64,000 bases of DNA from Octopus sinensis (taxonomy: Eukaryota): assembly GCF_006345805.1 (NCBI RefSeq), contig NC_042997.1:125922001-125986000 (forward strand), written 5' to 3'. Shown one piece after another: positions 41,845-55,094 of this stretch. How positions within the stretch are numbered: the first letter of the stretch is position 1; every line of letters begins with the position of its first letter. The notes beneath the pieces were generated by a model. That model saw nothing but the letters and a program-made list of their open reading frames with translations, was not told the DNA's origin and did no database searches. A program made the position numbers and the translations under genes.

Positions 41845-43391
41845 CTAGGTAAGAGAAAGAGATAAATATTATGTGAGAAAGGGATAGAAAGGGAGAATGT
41901 TAGAAATAAAAGCTAAAATCTTTGCAGACTGCATGGGGAGATAATCTATGAAAAAAGTTAGAGATATGTGTTTTTTGAAAGTAATTAATTTTTAATGTTG
42001 ACATTAAATGCAATGTGTTATGTTATCATAAAATGATCTTAAACAGAGATTCAATTTCAATCTTTAATACATACATAGCACTGTGAAAACAACAACATGA
42101 AATATTAGTATTCCTGGCTAACATCACATGTTGCCATTATGTTTAAAGATAACACCTGCATACCAATATCAACAAACTTTGTCATTTAGGCTATATTCTC
42201 ATAAAGCTGTAACAAAGTACAACTTGAAAATGCAAATATATAAGGCTATATAAACCTACATTGGATGGCACCTCAGCCAAAATCATAAATCTTGAACACT
42301 TACCACAACAAAACCAATCTTAAACTAAAACTTTCTCAGCTCATAACAAAAACTTGGTCAACATACATCTTTCATTACGTTCATTAAGATATTCAAAATA
42401 TCCCCTCTGATATACTCTCCAATATTCCCCACTCCACATGGTCAAGAGGGCCTTTTCCTGTTCTTTTCCTGTCTCATGAGTTACTTGGCAACCTCACTAA
42501 TGCCAGTGCCACAAAAGAAGTAACCCAGTACACACTGCATTAAGTAGTAGGCGACGAGCAGGCAGAAACGTTAGCATGCCAGGCGAAATGCTTAGCGGTA
42601 TTTCATCTGTTTTTACATTCTGAGTTCAAATTCTGCCATGGTCAACTTTGTCTTTCATCCTTTCGGGGATGATAAATTAAGTACCAGTTACGTACTGGGG
42701 GCAATCTAATCGACTAGCCCCCTCTCCAAAAATTTAGGGCATTGTGCCTAGAGTAGAAAAGAAGTAGCTAGCATTGGGAAGGGCATCCAGTCATAGAAAC
42801 CATTCTAAAGCTGATATTGGAGCTTAACACAGTTCTACAGTTTGCTGTATCTGGTCAATTTGTCCAACCCATGCCAGCATAGAAAACAGACAATCAGATA
42901 ATAAATGATGATGATTATGATGACAACGATGATGAGGGCTTCCACTGGTCACTATTGACCATACAACTGCAGATGCATGTGCAGGCTGGAGCAATATATT
43001 TTTGAGGAAGACCAGCAGCTGCCCATGCTTGTAAGTCTCCCCTCTCTGTGCCACTGATGTTTATCCAAGGGAAAGGTCACCAACTTCAGCCAATACCATT
43101 TGGCACTAGTGTCATCACAGGTATTGCTTGCTGAATACACACAGAGCAAGATGTCTAACAGTTCTACCAATTAACCATGCTGAATTAGTACTTTTTTATT
43201 GACTCCAAAAAGATGATAGACAAAGCTGACCTGGGCAGGATTTGGACTCAGAGCACAGTGAGTCAGAACAAATAACACAAATATTCTAATCGTCACTCAA
43301 ACACCTTTCAGTTAAATGCCTTCAATATATCAATAATTAACAGACTAATGAAACTAACCCCTTATTCTGCCACTATCACATTCAAACAGTA

Positions 43392-44262
43392 CATGTGGTC
43401 TGATCAATAAGTATCCGGATTGTTGTCATAGTAACACAGCTAAAGTACAGAGAGTGAAGTCGCGTGGCACTAATTGACCTTGAACTCTGCTGTGCATGTG
43501 CACTAACCTTTAATGTTCAAGCTCACTTCCTTGGAAGGAAGGTGTGTAGCATGTGATAATTGCATTGACCATGACAGAGAAAGTTGAGTAGAGGATCTAC
43601 ATCAAATTTTGCCAAAAGCTTGGTGATACCTGCTCAGAGGCCTACACAAAGTTTTCAAAAAGTTTTCGTCATTCTCGACACAATCAAGGGGATCTTGTGC
43701 AACAGAAACCCGAGTGTCTTTTTGGTCAGCTGAAAGCAGCTTTGGCACAAACTTGGCAGACACACATCTCCTACCCAAATCTTTAGTGATAATGGACTAA
43801 ACTGAACTAATCTGCAAATCCACTGATAACTCAGAGATGGTGATTCGATGATATCCCCTCACAGCAGCATGCACACCTGCAATGTTTTTCCCAGGTCTAC
43901 TGGCTGCAGGTCTCCCAGAATGTTTGTCACTATCAACATTTTTTTCAGCCATCATGGAAACATCCAAACCACTCATACGCTTGTGTGTAGCTCATACACT
44001 CCTCTCCATACACTTTCTGCAACCTTGTGTCAGCCTCTGAGCAGGTATTGCCATGACAACTTTCTCTGTCATGATCAATGAGATGATCACACACTACACA
44101 CCTTCCTTCCAAGCACTGCTGTAAACAGCGGAAGTGAGCTAGAACGTTAAAACTTAGTGTGCAAGCACAGCAGAGTTCAAGGTCAGTCTGTGACAAGTGG
44201 TTTCACTGTGTGCTTTAGTTTCGTTACTATGGCAACAGTCCGGATACTTATTGATCAGACTT
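43392..44262. mobile_element. Mariner derivative composed of two inverted left ends
   Basis: TIRs gtctgatcaataagtatccgga / tccggatacttattgatcagac, with TA at 43390. Transposase N-terminus on both strands: MTEKVE*RIYIKFCQKLG on plus; VYGEECMSYTQAYEWF...SGRP...SAKFVPKLL on minus. Confidence 0.85.
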
Positions 44263-45138
44263 AATATTCTGCTAAATCAATAGATCAAATTACCTGACTA
44301 CACAATGAGACAAGCAACCATCATCATCATCATTTAACATTCACTTTCCATGCTGGCATGGGTTGGACGATTTGACTGAGGGCTGGCAAGCCAGAAGTCT
44401 GCACCAGGCTCCAATCTGATCTGGCAACATTTCTACAGCTGGATTCCCTTCCTAACACCAACCACTCAGAGTGTAGTGGGTGCTTTTTACATGCCACCAG
44501 CACAGGAGCCAGTCAGGTGGTCCTGGCATCAATCAGTGGACTTCTTTCAATTTCCGACTACCAAATCCACTCACAAGGCTTTGGTCAGGCTGAGACTATA
44601 GTAGAAGACACTTGCCCAAGGTGCAACACAGCAGGACTGAACCCAGAACCTTGTGGTTTGGAAGCAAGCTTCTTACCACATAGCCACACCTGCAGTAGCA
44701 GAAATAACATCAGAGCCTTCATTTCAAATCATTTATCTTCCTTCACCTTCTCACCCCCAACTCTTCACCACCCACAACATCCTTCTAGAACTCCACAGAT
44801 ATAAAGGAAGCTATATCCCTGCTTAAACTGTAACGAGAACTATATCCTTATTGAAGCTGTACATTAATCTTGTTCAGTTATTGCCATTTTTCTATTTAGG
44901 AACTTATATCACTGACCTCACAGTCACTAATAAAGATAAAGCTTAACATATCATTCTAGCACAAATCAAATAGTTACAATTACAGAAAGAAAATGAGAGA
45001 ATGTTAAGTAGTTCTTTCAGCTAAAAGATAATTGATGATTTTTAACAACAGAAAAAAAGCTAACAATTTTTTGAAAGGAAAACAACTGATTTAATAATTT
45101 TTCACAATAAACACTATGAAAGAAGTTGTAATACTGAC

Positions 45139-45400
45139 CGGTCAGATGGAGTTGGTGAAGTTTGTGATAAGCCAAAGCAGCATTTACTGCAGACTGTTTC
45201 ACTTCAGATGCTTCAAATTCTTTTGACCACAGACCACCAGCTCTGTTACTTAGCCATCTTCCCAGGTAAATGTAATGTAAAAACTGACGTAAGGAATGCC
45301 AAGCCAGACTGGCAACCAGGTCAATCTTCGAAGTTGGAAGGGGTCGACCAAGAGCAAGAAGGCCAAGATGCAACTGTCGAGCGGCAGCTGCATAGTTTCC
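45139..45400 (-). CDS. SREBF: SREBP exon (C-terminal domain)
   Basis: Reads GNYAAAARQLHLGLLALGRPLPTSKIDLVASLAWHSLRQ...AALAYHKLHQLHLT, with the LGRPLPTS and YHKLHQLHL motifs. Phase 0 to 1. Confidence 0.95.
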
Positions 45401-46646
45401 CTGGTAACAGAAGAATATAACAAAAACGGATAGTGATTAAAAAAATAATTGAAGAAATATTACTTTTAAGTAAGAATGGCTGAATAATACATATATATCA
45501 TCATCATCGTTTAACATCTGCTTTCCATGCTAGCATGGGTTGGACGATTTTGACTGAGGGCTGGCAAACCAGATGGCTGCACCAGGCTCCAATCTTGATC
45601 TGGCAAGAGTTTCTACAGCTGCCAGATCAAGATTGGAGCCTGGTGCAGCCATCTGGTTCGCCAGCCCTCAGTCAAAATCGTCCAACCCATGCTAGCATGG
45701 AAAGCAGACGTTAAACGATGATGATGATATATGTGTGTGTGTGTGTGTGTGTGTTTATCTAGCATAGATAAACATGAAGTATTTTGGGTTAATACAGCAA
45801 TAGGGATCAGATGGCTGCTCCAATTACAACACTGGTATCATTATATCATCCTTACCTAGGATATTAAAATGGTATCTAGCTGGGGGTTTTTTCTCAATAA
45901 ATCAAGGTATAAAAGGCTGTGTTTCAAAACATAAGCACTGCACTGGTGTTTGACCTTATGATTCTGTAGTGAGTAGAGTCACTGCTTGAAACTGCTGTTA
46001 ATCCTCTTCAAATAATCATCATCAAAAATGTTTTTGTATCCTATTTTCTACACAGTTATAACTTAAACAAGTCTCTCAGCTCTTCTTTCAACTGTTTTAC
46101 CTCAGATACTTCATTTGTACACCCAATTTTAAAATAGGTACACCAAATTTTTTCGCACTCAGAATCATTGAAGCAGAGAATAAACTACCTGTATCAGTAG
46201 TTGGTTGTTGGGACACTGCATCCTGCAAACTTCCATGCTTCCTGAAATTTACCAACAGTACACCTGATGCACTCTCCCCACCACCTTTTTTTGTAAACAA
46301 CTCATTCACTGTTCCCTTTCTGTGCATTATTCTATGTACTCTTTGTGCACTTTTGGTTACTTTCTAATGAGTTGCAATGCATCTGAACACTGTATACAAT
46401 AATTTCATTATTATTATTATATCATTATTATTAAATACTTCAGTGTCATAATAGGTGACCAAAAGTATTGGCACCTGGAAGATCCATCCATTAAACACTA
46501 CCTCAAAAAGTATAATCCCACCATCCCCGCCTGGAGGGACAGACATAAAACAATGGTAACAGTAACAATGATGACAGCTCCAGATCAACCTACCCTATCC
46601 CCTGCTCTCTCACAAACAGACCCAATTAAAAATTTAAAATACTCAC

Positions 46647-46819
46647 TTGGGTGATGTATTGATCAGATTGTTTCTTGTGTCTCCAATAAGCTACTGATGC
46701 TTGACTGTTCTTGGATTTGACAGGTTCACCATACACAAAAAGCATCAGCAACATGATCAATATGAAAATACTGTTCAAGATTTGTGGCAGGAATGGCCAG
46801 TATGAGATCATTTCATTCT
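46647..46819 (-). CDS. SREBF: SREBP exon: TM2 and start of the C-terminal regulatory domain
   Basis: Reads ...LPQILNSIFILIMLLMLFVYGEPVKSKNSQASVAYWRHKKQSDQYITQ, with the FVYGEPV and WRHxKQxD motifs. Splice sites ttttcag| and |gtgagt. Confidence 0.95.
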
Positions 46820-46856
46820 CTGAAAAGAAACACAAATGTCAACTTACTTCCAGACT

Positions 46857-47002
46857 TAATTACATTATTTACAATTGACGGATATTTGTCCTCATCTTGT
46901 TTGTTGTAACACAATGTTTCGGCTGATATACCCTCCAGCCTTCTTCAGGTGTCTTGGGGAAATTTCGAACCTGTGTTCTCATTCCTAAGGTATTTTTCGA
47001 TG

Positions 47003-47040
<38 letters not shown>

Positions 47041-47197
47041 GTTCAGGTCACTGCCTGGAATCGAACTTGGAATCTTGGGGCTAGTAGCCTGTGCTCTTAA
47101 CCACTACACCATATGCCCGTGGGCGTAAGATGAGGACAAATATCTGTCGAATGTAAATAATGTACATAATTCCTCATCTCTTAAATATAGAACTGTA
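46857..47197 (-). mobile_element. Composite non-autonomous retroelement: inverted 3' segment, tRNA-like head, (AAT)n, hammerhead-bearing body; 13-bp TSD
   Basis: Direct repeat ttacttccagact at 46844-46856 and 47198-47210. tRNA-like head 47118-47046 with A box TGGTGTAGTGG and B box GTTCGATTCC. HHR motif 46953-46908. Terminal segment repeated in inverted orientation at 47127-47197. Confidence 0.8.
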
Positions 47198-48770
47198 TTA
47201 CTTCCAGACTGTTCTACATCAAACTACTGCCATTTATTATTACGCATCAACCAAGAAATACAACAAGTGCAGATAAAAAATATAAATTTATTAATTCTTT
47301 CCAATTGCTCTTACCAATAAAATGTGTGTTAGCCATGTATCACTTCTGTAGTAAGATACCCGTGCTTGCCCTTCTATTCTACTTTAGCCACTCAACAATG
47401 GGTATAAAGCCACCTCCTCCTCTCAAGTACTTCCTCACCATCACCACTACCACCATTATTTAGTCAATGGGAGCCCCTTTCCTGTTTTTTCCCATTTTGC
47501 AAGTTACTTACACTGTAAAGTGACTGACATTAAGGAGAACATCCAACTGCAGAAACCATGCCAAGGACAACATCGAAGCTCAATGCAGCCCAGCAGCTCA
47601 CCAGAACCTGTCGAACGGTCCAACCCATGTCAGCATGGAAAACATACATTAAATGATGGTGGTGATGATGATGATGATTTACACTAAAGAAACAACTGGC
47701 CCCAAATTTGCTGAATATGTAGAGTCAATGAGAACAATCATAGTACTTGACTTGTACTTTATTTTATCGACTTCAGTAGGATTTGCACTGAGAGCATCAA
47801 GGACTGTAATTAAATATCACAAGGTATTCTACACTATTCTATTGATTCTGAAATTGTACAGCCTTTACATTTATCATAAAGCAGCAAAGTGAGGCACTGA
47901 ACTACAATATCCAATATATATCAGACATTTTATTACATGTAAGGGTAACATCAGCAAAAACAAAATGACAATTGTGCGAGACTAAAACATATTTTTATTA
48001 ATTACTGATTAACCAAAATTGAGCACTATTATCCTTGTTTTTTTTTTGTTTTTTTTTCCAATTAAGTACACCTATCAAAATAAGTAATAAAATAATGTTT
48101 ACAATTAATATATTTAAAAACCAATTTAGACCATCTTGAATATTTACAATAAAAACCCCAAGTTCATTTGGACAATGTCATACAGCAGTTTTCAAAGAAA
48201 TAAAATACAACAGAACTATATTTTGAGATTCTCACCATCACCACCAACTGAATGGTTACATTACTAAGATGCTATCTTATCATCCCAAGTACTATGTTAA
48301 GTAAACCCAGCAATATGTTAAGTACATATTACAAAATTGTGAAAAAGTTGTGTTTGAGTGTGAAACATAAAAATGTGTGTATGTATGTACCATATTTGAT
48401 AGCATATAAAAAGGTACTATTTTCACCCAAAAAAAGTCTTTAAAAAAATCACTCCTGCTCCTATATGAAAAGTTGGGCCATCCATAAGCTTTAAGCACAA
48501 AGACTCTTTTTCATGAAACTGCATGCATCTAACACGCCCATGTGTCTTTTATGCCATTGAAGATAGTGTGCATGTGTGTGTGTGTGTGTGTGTGAGTGTG
48601 TGTGCATGAGTGCGTGTACATACACACATACACATTTTGATGTAACTTATAATCTAAATACAGAAATGACGTAGTTTCATTTTTGATCAGAGTCAAACAC
48701 ACTGAATATCATAATGTTTAAAGAAAGAAACGAAAGAAAGGAAGAAAGAAAGAAAAACAGTAATACTCAC

Positions 48771-48953
48771 TTGTCGTGGTCACAAGTAGGGAACGAGAAC
48801 TGTGTTCAGAAGGCATCCCATAATAATCCGAATACATTTTAGTGTTCAAGAAAAATCCAAACGGATTGAAAGCAAGGACGCCGAACATAAACATACAGAG
48901 TGCCAGACGAGATCGATCAAGCATACCAATGTTAAAAATGTGACCATCGCTCC
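48771..48953 (-). CDS. SREBF: SREBP exon: DRSR motif, TM1 with NP, and lumenal RxxL site-1 protease site
   Basis: Reads GSDGHIFNIGMLDRSRLALCMFMFGVLAFNPFGFFLNTKMYSDYYGMPSEHSSRSLLVTTT. GMLDRSRLALC is the SREBP signature. Splice sites cag| and |gtgagt. Confidence 0.96.
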
Positions 48954-51464
48954 CTGATAAAGTGAAAGAAAAAGGGAATTAGTTGAGAGATCCCTAGAGT
49001 TAGTGACACACATTTTTAAAAATCGTGAACTTTATTTCTGAAAGAAATAATTTAAAATGTATTTCGAGCTATAGCAGTAAATATTAAAACGCAATATATC
49101 TACCGACAACTCGTCGCAATGTTAACTGCTGCACTGCACTCACCATCCTGCATCCTACAGCTTTCCCATTATCTAACACCACCTGCTATTGCTGCCTTCC
49201 TCACTGATGTACAACAGAAGGTCCTTCTCTCCCCTGTCCTCTGTCTGTGTGTGTGTGTGTGAAAGAGAGAGAGAGTTTGTGTGCATGTGTGCACGTGTAT
49301 GCACACCACTGAAAAGATGTATGATTTTATGTGAAAGTTGTAAATGCACATCATATTTGGTTACTGTCATTGTTGTTGTTATTTAACTTCTAGATTAACT
49401 TTGGCTGAGTAGACCAAAAGTATTCCACCCTGTCTGTTTCCAGACATAATGTCCCTAAGTCTACATTACTCAATGTGTCATTTCATTCTTTAAGCTTGCA
49501 GTGAGATTTCAAGATCTGGCTGCTATTTCTTGCAAATAAAGTTAGCACATAGAAGTTCCTTAGTTGACTTGAATCATATTTTGTGATTGTGACTGTGTGG
49601 TGTCTAAGTTGTATATTAGATTACAATGGCAGAGATGATATTGTGGAAAATAGTGTGTGTGCATGTATGCGCATGCACCAGTGTGTGTCTATGTGTGTGT
49701 GTGTATGTGTGTGAGAAAGAAAGAGAAGAAGAGAGAATTCCATTGTATGTCTAGTGTTTTATTTTGTCTGGTTTAGGTATTGTGCAAATCTTAATTTTTT
49801 TTATGTTGGTGTTAATGTTATAAATGATGATGTTAGTAGTGATGTTGAGACTAATACCAGTGATGTCCAGGTAGTCATGGAAGTTAAGTACGGTAGTCTA
49901 GTTACTCAATAAGATCCCCATCATGTCAAGTTTAATCTATGGCAGATATTTTGTTGTTTCTAGACAGAACACTTTATTTACATTACTTCGCTTACCTACT
50001 TTTTAAGAATAGGTAACAAATTATCCAAGAAATTACCAGAGATAGACTTTATCCTATCTACAGACAGATATGTCTTTCATCCACAATACATTATAAATTC
50101 ATAACAAATTACTGACACCCCTCCTCCCCCACACACACACCTTCCTAAAATTCTATTAAGATTTACAGGATATTTACTATTTTCACATGTATTTCAATGA
50201 AGATGCTGCTACATGGTCAGTGTTGTTTGTATTAAGGTATATTTGATTCTATGATATAATGGTGCCAAAATGATGCAACCCTCTTTATTTTGCCTTCTAT
50301 GTTGCTTTAACATCATGATTTTCATGTTTTATTGTAACTCGAAAATTCCGAATCTGTCTTACACCAATTTACAAACCTTGTTACAAGTATTCTTGTGTCG
50401 CTAGACAGACACAAGTATTCAACCTATCTCAATCTAGTCTATCATAGTTCTAATTAACTACCCACAACATGTCCTTCACAGCTGAAGTAGCTAGCAAGAC
50501 ATCTGGTTACAAAACCATATAATCTAGCTATTTCTTTTTAAATATTTATTGGCGAAAAAAAAAAAACACATTCTTCTTAGTTATAATAAAATAGATGTGA
50601 AACAGCTGGTCTTTTTTTTTTGTCATGAAGATAATTATGAAGCCTGTCCATGTCTGGATAAATATGAACATTTGAGAAATAGACCTGAAAAGATGTAAGT
50701 TAACTGATATGCGACTCGAACAAGTGACCTTCCAAAACATACAACTAGACATTTTATTTCACATTTCAAGATGTTAAAATCAAGATGCAATTGTTTTAAC
50801 TCTTTTCCATCCATATTTTCTTTTATAAAATACACAAGTCTACTGAATTTTAATTAATTTCTAAAATAATCAAGAATTTAGAATTTAGTAAATTAAGTTT
50901 TTTTTTTTTTAAAGGTGGTGTTTAGTACAAAGATAAATAAAATTATGACAAACTGTTTTAACTCAACTTAAGTGAGTTGGTTATCAAAAGAGTTAGCATA
51001 TATAGAAAACATTAACTGTTTCTATACATTATTGTCAATATATTATTTAAAAGCTTCAATTTATGTAAATAAATTCTTCTTCAGACAATTTCACTAATGA
51101 TTAAGATATTGTTTAAGCAGGTACATATTTCTGATATGCGTAAAACTAAATACACAATATAGAGGAACAGCAATGTTACCAGAAACCACTTAACAATTGC
51201 AAAGTTGAATACAAATATTTATTTATTCACTGATATTTCAATATTTGCAAATCCTAATCTAGAACTGGGTAATTCGAAATAGGAAGCAAACAATACCAAA
51301 TTGTTAATATGTATAGTGATGTACAGTATGGTGACTGTGTGAACTGCAATCTTCAAATGCTGCAGCAAACTGCTGATCAGCTGACAGCAGTTATTGTGCT
51401 CATAGATACCCAATAAATATTACTTTCTTAATATACAAATATACTAAATTTTTGACATTCATAA

Positions 51465-51770
51465 CTGGTACTCTGTCGGTTACGACGATGAGTGTTCTAG
51501 TTGATCTGATAGACGGAACAGCTTGCTCGTGAAATTAATGCGCAAATGACTGAGCACTCCACAAACATGTGTACCCGTAATGTAGTTTTCAGGGAGATTC
51601 AGTGTGAGACAGGATGTGACAAGTACAACTCATTTTTGCCAGCTGAGTCGACTTGAGCAATGTGAATAAAGTGTCTTGCTCAAGACCACAACCTGCCACC
51701 AGGAATTGAATTCATGATCTTACAACCATGAGCCAAATACTCCTAACCACTAAGCCAAATGCCTTCACCT
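51465..51770 (-). mobile_element. Third tRNA-derived SINE family; another copy is split at 9500-10220
   Basis: On the minus strand the head is tggcttagtggttagg...aattcaattcc. The body matches 10040-10220 and 9520-9575. Confidence 0.7.
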
Positions 51771-51777
51771 CATGTCC

Positions 51778-51848
<71 letters not shown>

Positions 51849-53489
51849 CTTTGCTTCTCAGTGTGAAACATTGGAGAAATTATTTTCCCCCACATCTACA
51901 CTATTAAGTTCCTATACAAGTGTCATTGGACAATGGCTAAGCTAGGGTACCATATTCAAGTGTTTAACCAACCATACTGACCCCAATATTTATTTCAGTC
52001 AGGTACTTATTTCCTCACCCTCTGTCTGTCAAACCCACCAATTAAAGGACATAACATGGACACAACATCATCATCATCATTTAGCACCCGTTGTCCATGC
52101 TGGCATGGGTTGGACAGTTTGACTGGGCTAGCATGCTGGAAGGCTGTGCCAGAATCCAGAGTGGTTTTCTACAGCTGATTTTCTATGGCTGGATGCCCTT
52201 CCAAATGCTAACCACTCCAAGAATGTAATGGGTGCTCTTATGTGCCATCTGTATGGATGCCATTTGTGTGACACCAGTATCTGCCATAACTGTAATTTTG
52301 CTCAGCTTGATGGATCTTCTTCTCAAGTACGACATAATGCCAAAGGTCTTGGTCATTGTCTCCATGAGGCCCAACACTCAAAAGGAGGTTGGCCACTTTG
52401 CCTCCATGAGGCCCAACGCTCGAAAGGAACTCAGCCATCTCACCTCTGTGAAGCTGATTTGAAAGGAACTCAACCACCTCGCCTCCGTGGGGCCCAAACA
52501 CTTGAGAGGAATTCAGCCACTTTGCCTCCATGCAGCCCATGAGCTCGGTAACTTTGCCTTCATGAGGCATAATAGTTTTATTCAGACCAGCATAAATATA
52601 AAACACTCACACTACATGCATGCATGCATGTATGTACATACATACATACGTATAATTTTAAGAAATGAAACATTCTAATAATATACAAAACATTTTCAAA
52701 ACTATTTGTCAACCTGACATCTTGCACAGGCTAACATGTAAAGTTATGTATCCAGTCATGCAAGGTTAGCTCTCAGTCTTACAAACTGTCATGCTGAAGA
52801 ATTATTACAGAAACAAATTCTATGTTTGCCGATATCTTTGAAACAAACACCACTGAAAGAGATTTATATGACCTTAACCATCCATAAGCAACTAAAGCAT
52901 CATTGAAGAAGAAAATGAAAGGGGAGTGGAAAGTATCACTAATATATTGTCAATAGGGCTAGTTAAGTGCACATGTTCAGTTGACATCCAAACATAGCAT
53001 CTAGGTGTTATACACCATTAAAACGATACTATAATCATCTGAATTAAGATAACAGAGATATGGTAAGTGTGAATGCATGCACGCACATGTGCAGTACAGT
53101 CTAGTGGTTAGTGTTGTGCTTTAATTGTTAGTCATAGCTTCTTTGGCATTGTATCATGCTTAAGAAGACCCATGAAGCCAAGCAAAATTGCAGTTGAGGT
53201 AGATATTGGTGTCGTGCAAATGGCACACATGCCGGTGGCATGTAAAAGCAACCATTACACTCTCGGAGTGGTTGGCATTAGGAAGGGCTTCCAGCAGCAG
53301 AAAACCATGCCAAATCTGAAAGAAAGTCTCTTTGCCAGTTTGTGAATACATAAGCATCTAAATAAATTAGCAGAGGCAATGCACATGCTACTAAGTCAAA
53401 CTCAAGTGACTTCTACCACTCTTTTACTTTGGTTGGGTGGGTAAGCATGCAAGCACGCACACACACACGCACACACACACACAAACACA

Positions 53490-54045
53490 CATGGTCTGAT
53501 CAAAAAGTATTGGGGCTGTTACTACAGCAATGGAGTTATAGTACACTGGGCGAAGTCACTTAACACAGACCTTGAACTCTTTCGCACATGCACACTGAGC
53601 TATAACATTCCCACCCACTTTCATTGTTTATAGCTGTGCTTGGAAACAAAGTAAGTAGAGTGAGCTCATCTCAAAAAGAAGATCCGATTTCAGCTGCATA
53701 GGATCTCCTTGACAGTGTTGCAAAAAAAAAAAATTTGTTTTGTAATGGTTTTAACAGGTAATGAATTGTGGGTCTGTAGCTATGACCCCAAAACCAAGGC
53801 TTGAAAGGAATCCCATTTGAAAGGAACAAGATTTCAAGTCCAGAAAATCCAAGAGAATGCAACAAGTCAGCTGATCACTGTCTCAAAAACAGAGTTCCAG
53901 GAATGCTTCCAATAATGGAAACTACAATGGATAAAGCATCTGGTTTCAGAAGAGGATTATTTCAAAGATTAAATGCCGAATTGGTATGTGCTGTAGTTTG
54001 CTTTTTATAGCTCTAGTTTCAGTAATCTTTCATCAGACTTCATGT
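53490..54045. mobile_element. Degenerate mariner-family MITE related to 43392-44262
   Basis: Ends atggtctgatcaaaaagta and tcttttcatcagac; 5' body is similar (gaccttgaactct). Confidence 0.55.
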
Positions 54046-54586
54046 GTGTATATATATATATATCATCATCGTCATTTAACATCCACTTTCTATGCTGGCA
54101 TGGGTTGGATGGTTTGACTGAGGACTGGCAAGCCAGAAGGCTGCACAAGGTTCCAATCTGATTTAACAAGGTTTCTACAGCTAGATGCCCTTCCTAACAC
54201 CAACTACTCTGAGAGTGTAGAGAGTACTCTTTATATGTTACCAGCACAACGGCCAATCAGGCAGTACTGGCATCGACCATGCTTGAATGGTGCTTTTTAC
54301 GTGCATTGGCATCAGCCACAACAATGACTTCACTTGACTCAACAGGTCAAACACAGTTTATGGCCCAATGCTTGAAGGGTACTCTTAAATGGGCCAGTTA
54401 TGCTGCACTGGCATAGGCCATGGTTACAGTCTCACTTGGCTTGCAGAGTCTTCTCAAGCACAGCATATCTCCAAAGGTCTTGGTCACTCGTCATCGTCTC
54501 TGTGAGTCCCAATGTTTGAAGGTCATGCTTCACCACCTCATCCCAGGTCTTCTTGGATCTACCTCTTTCACAGATTCCCTCTATTG

Positions 54587-54632
<46 letters not shown>

Positions 54633-55094
54633 GAAAAAATGATAAACACAAGATGAAATTTATAGTATTTGTTACCTGTACACATTTTACTATTGTGGTT
54701 ATTTGTGTCATCTGCAGTGGGTGTTCATAATGCAATTGGATGCAGATCCACAACAGTTCTTCAGAGGAACTGTGTCAATATAATGCAATACAGTGTTCCC
54801 TTGAAGAACTATCGTAGATCAGCATCCAAATGGACCACAAACACCCACTGCAGAAAATGCAAATAGCCACAATGATGAAACATGTACAGGGAACAGATGG
54901 TATAAACTGCAGCTTGTGTTCATCATAATTTTCCCAATATTTGCTGTATATGATAACTGGTAATACTGCTAAGTACAGTAGTAACCACAGCACTTTACTG
55001 GAAGTAAACTAGATGAGATACTTGACACGGAGCTCTAAATTCACAAGCAGAAGCCATACATCTAACTGTAACACAGGAAATGCCGTATATATAT

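Noticed and set aside
46097-46363. Possible extra SREBP exon (76-aa ORF bounded by ag and gt)
   Set aside because: It would be phase 0 to 2 (or 1) in a phase-0 intron, it has no SREBP similarity, and the flanking exons join correctly without it.
47046-47118. Functional tRNA gene
   Set aside because: The anticodon and acceptor stems are mismatched, and it lies inside a TSD-flanked repeat.
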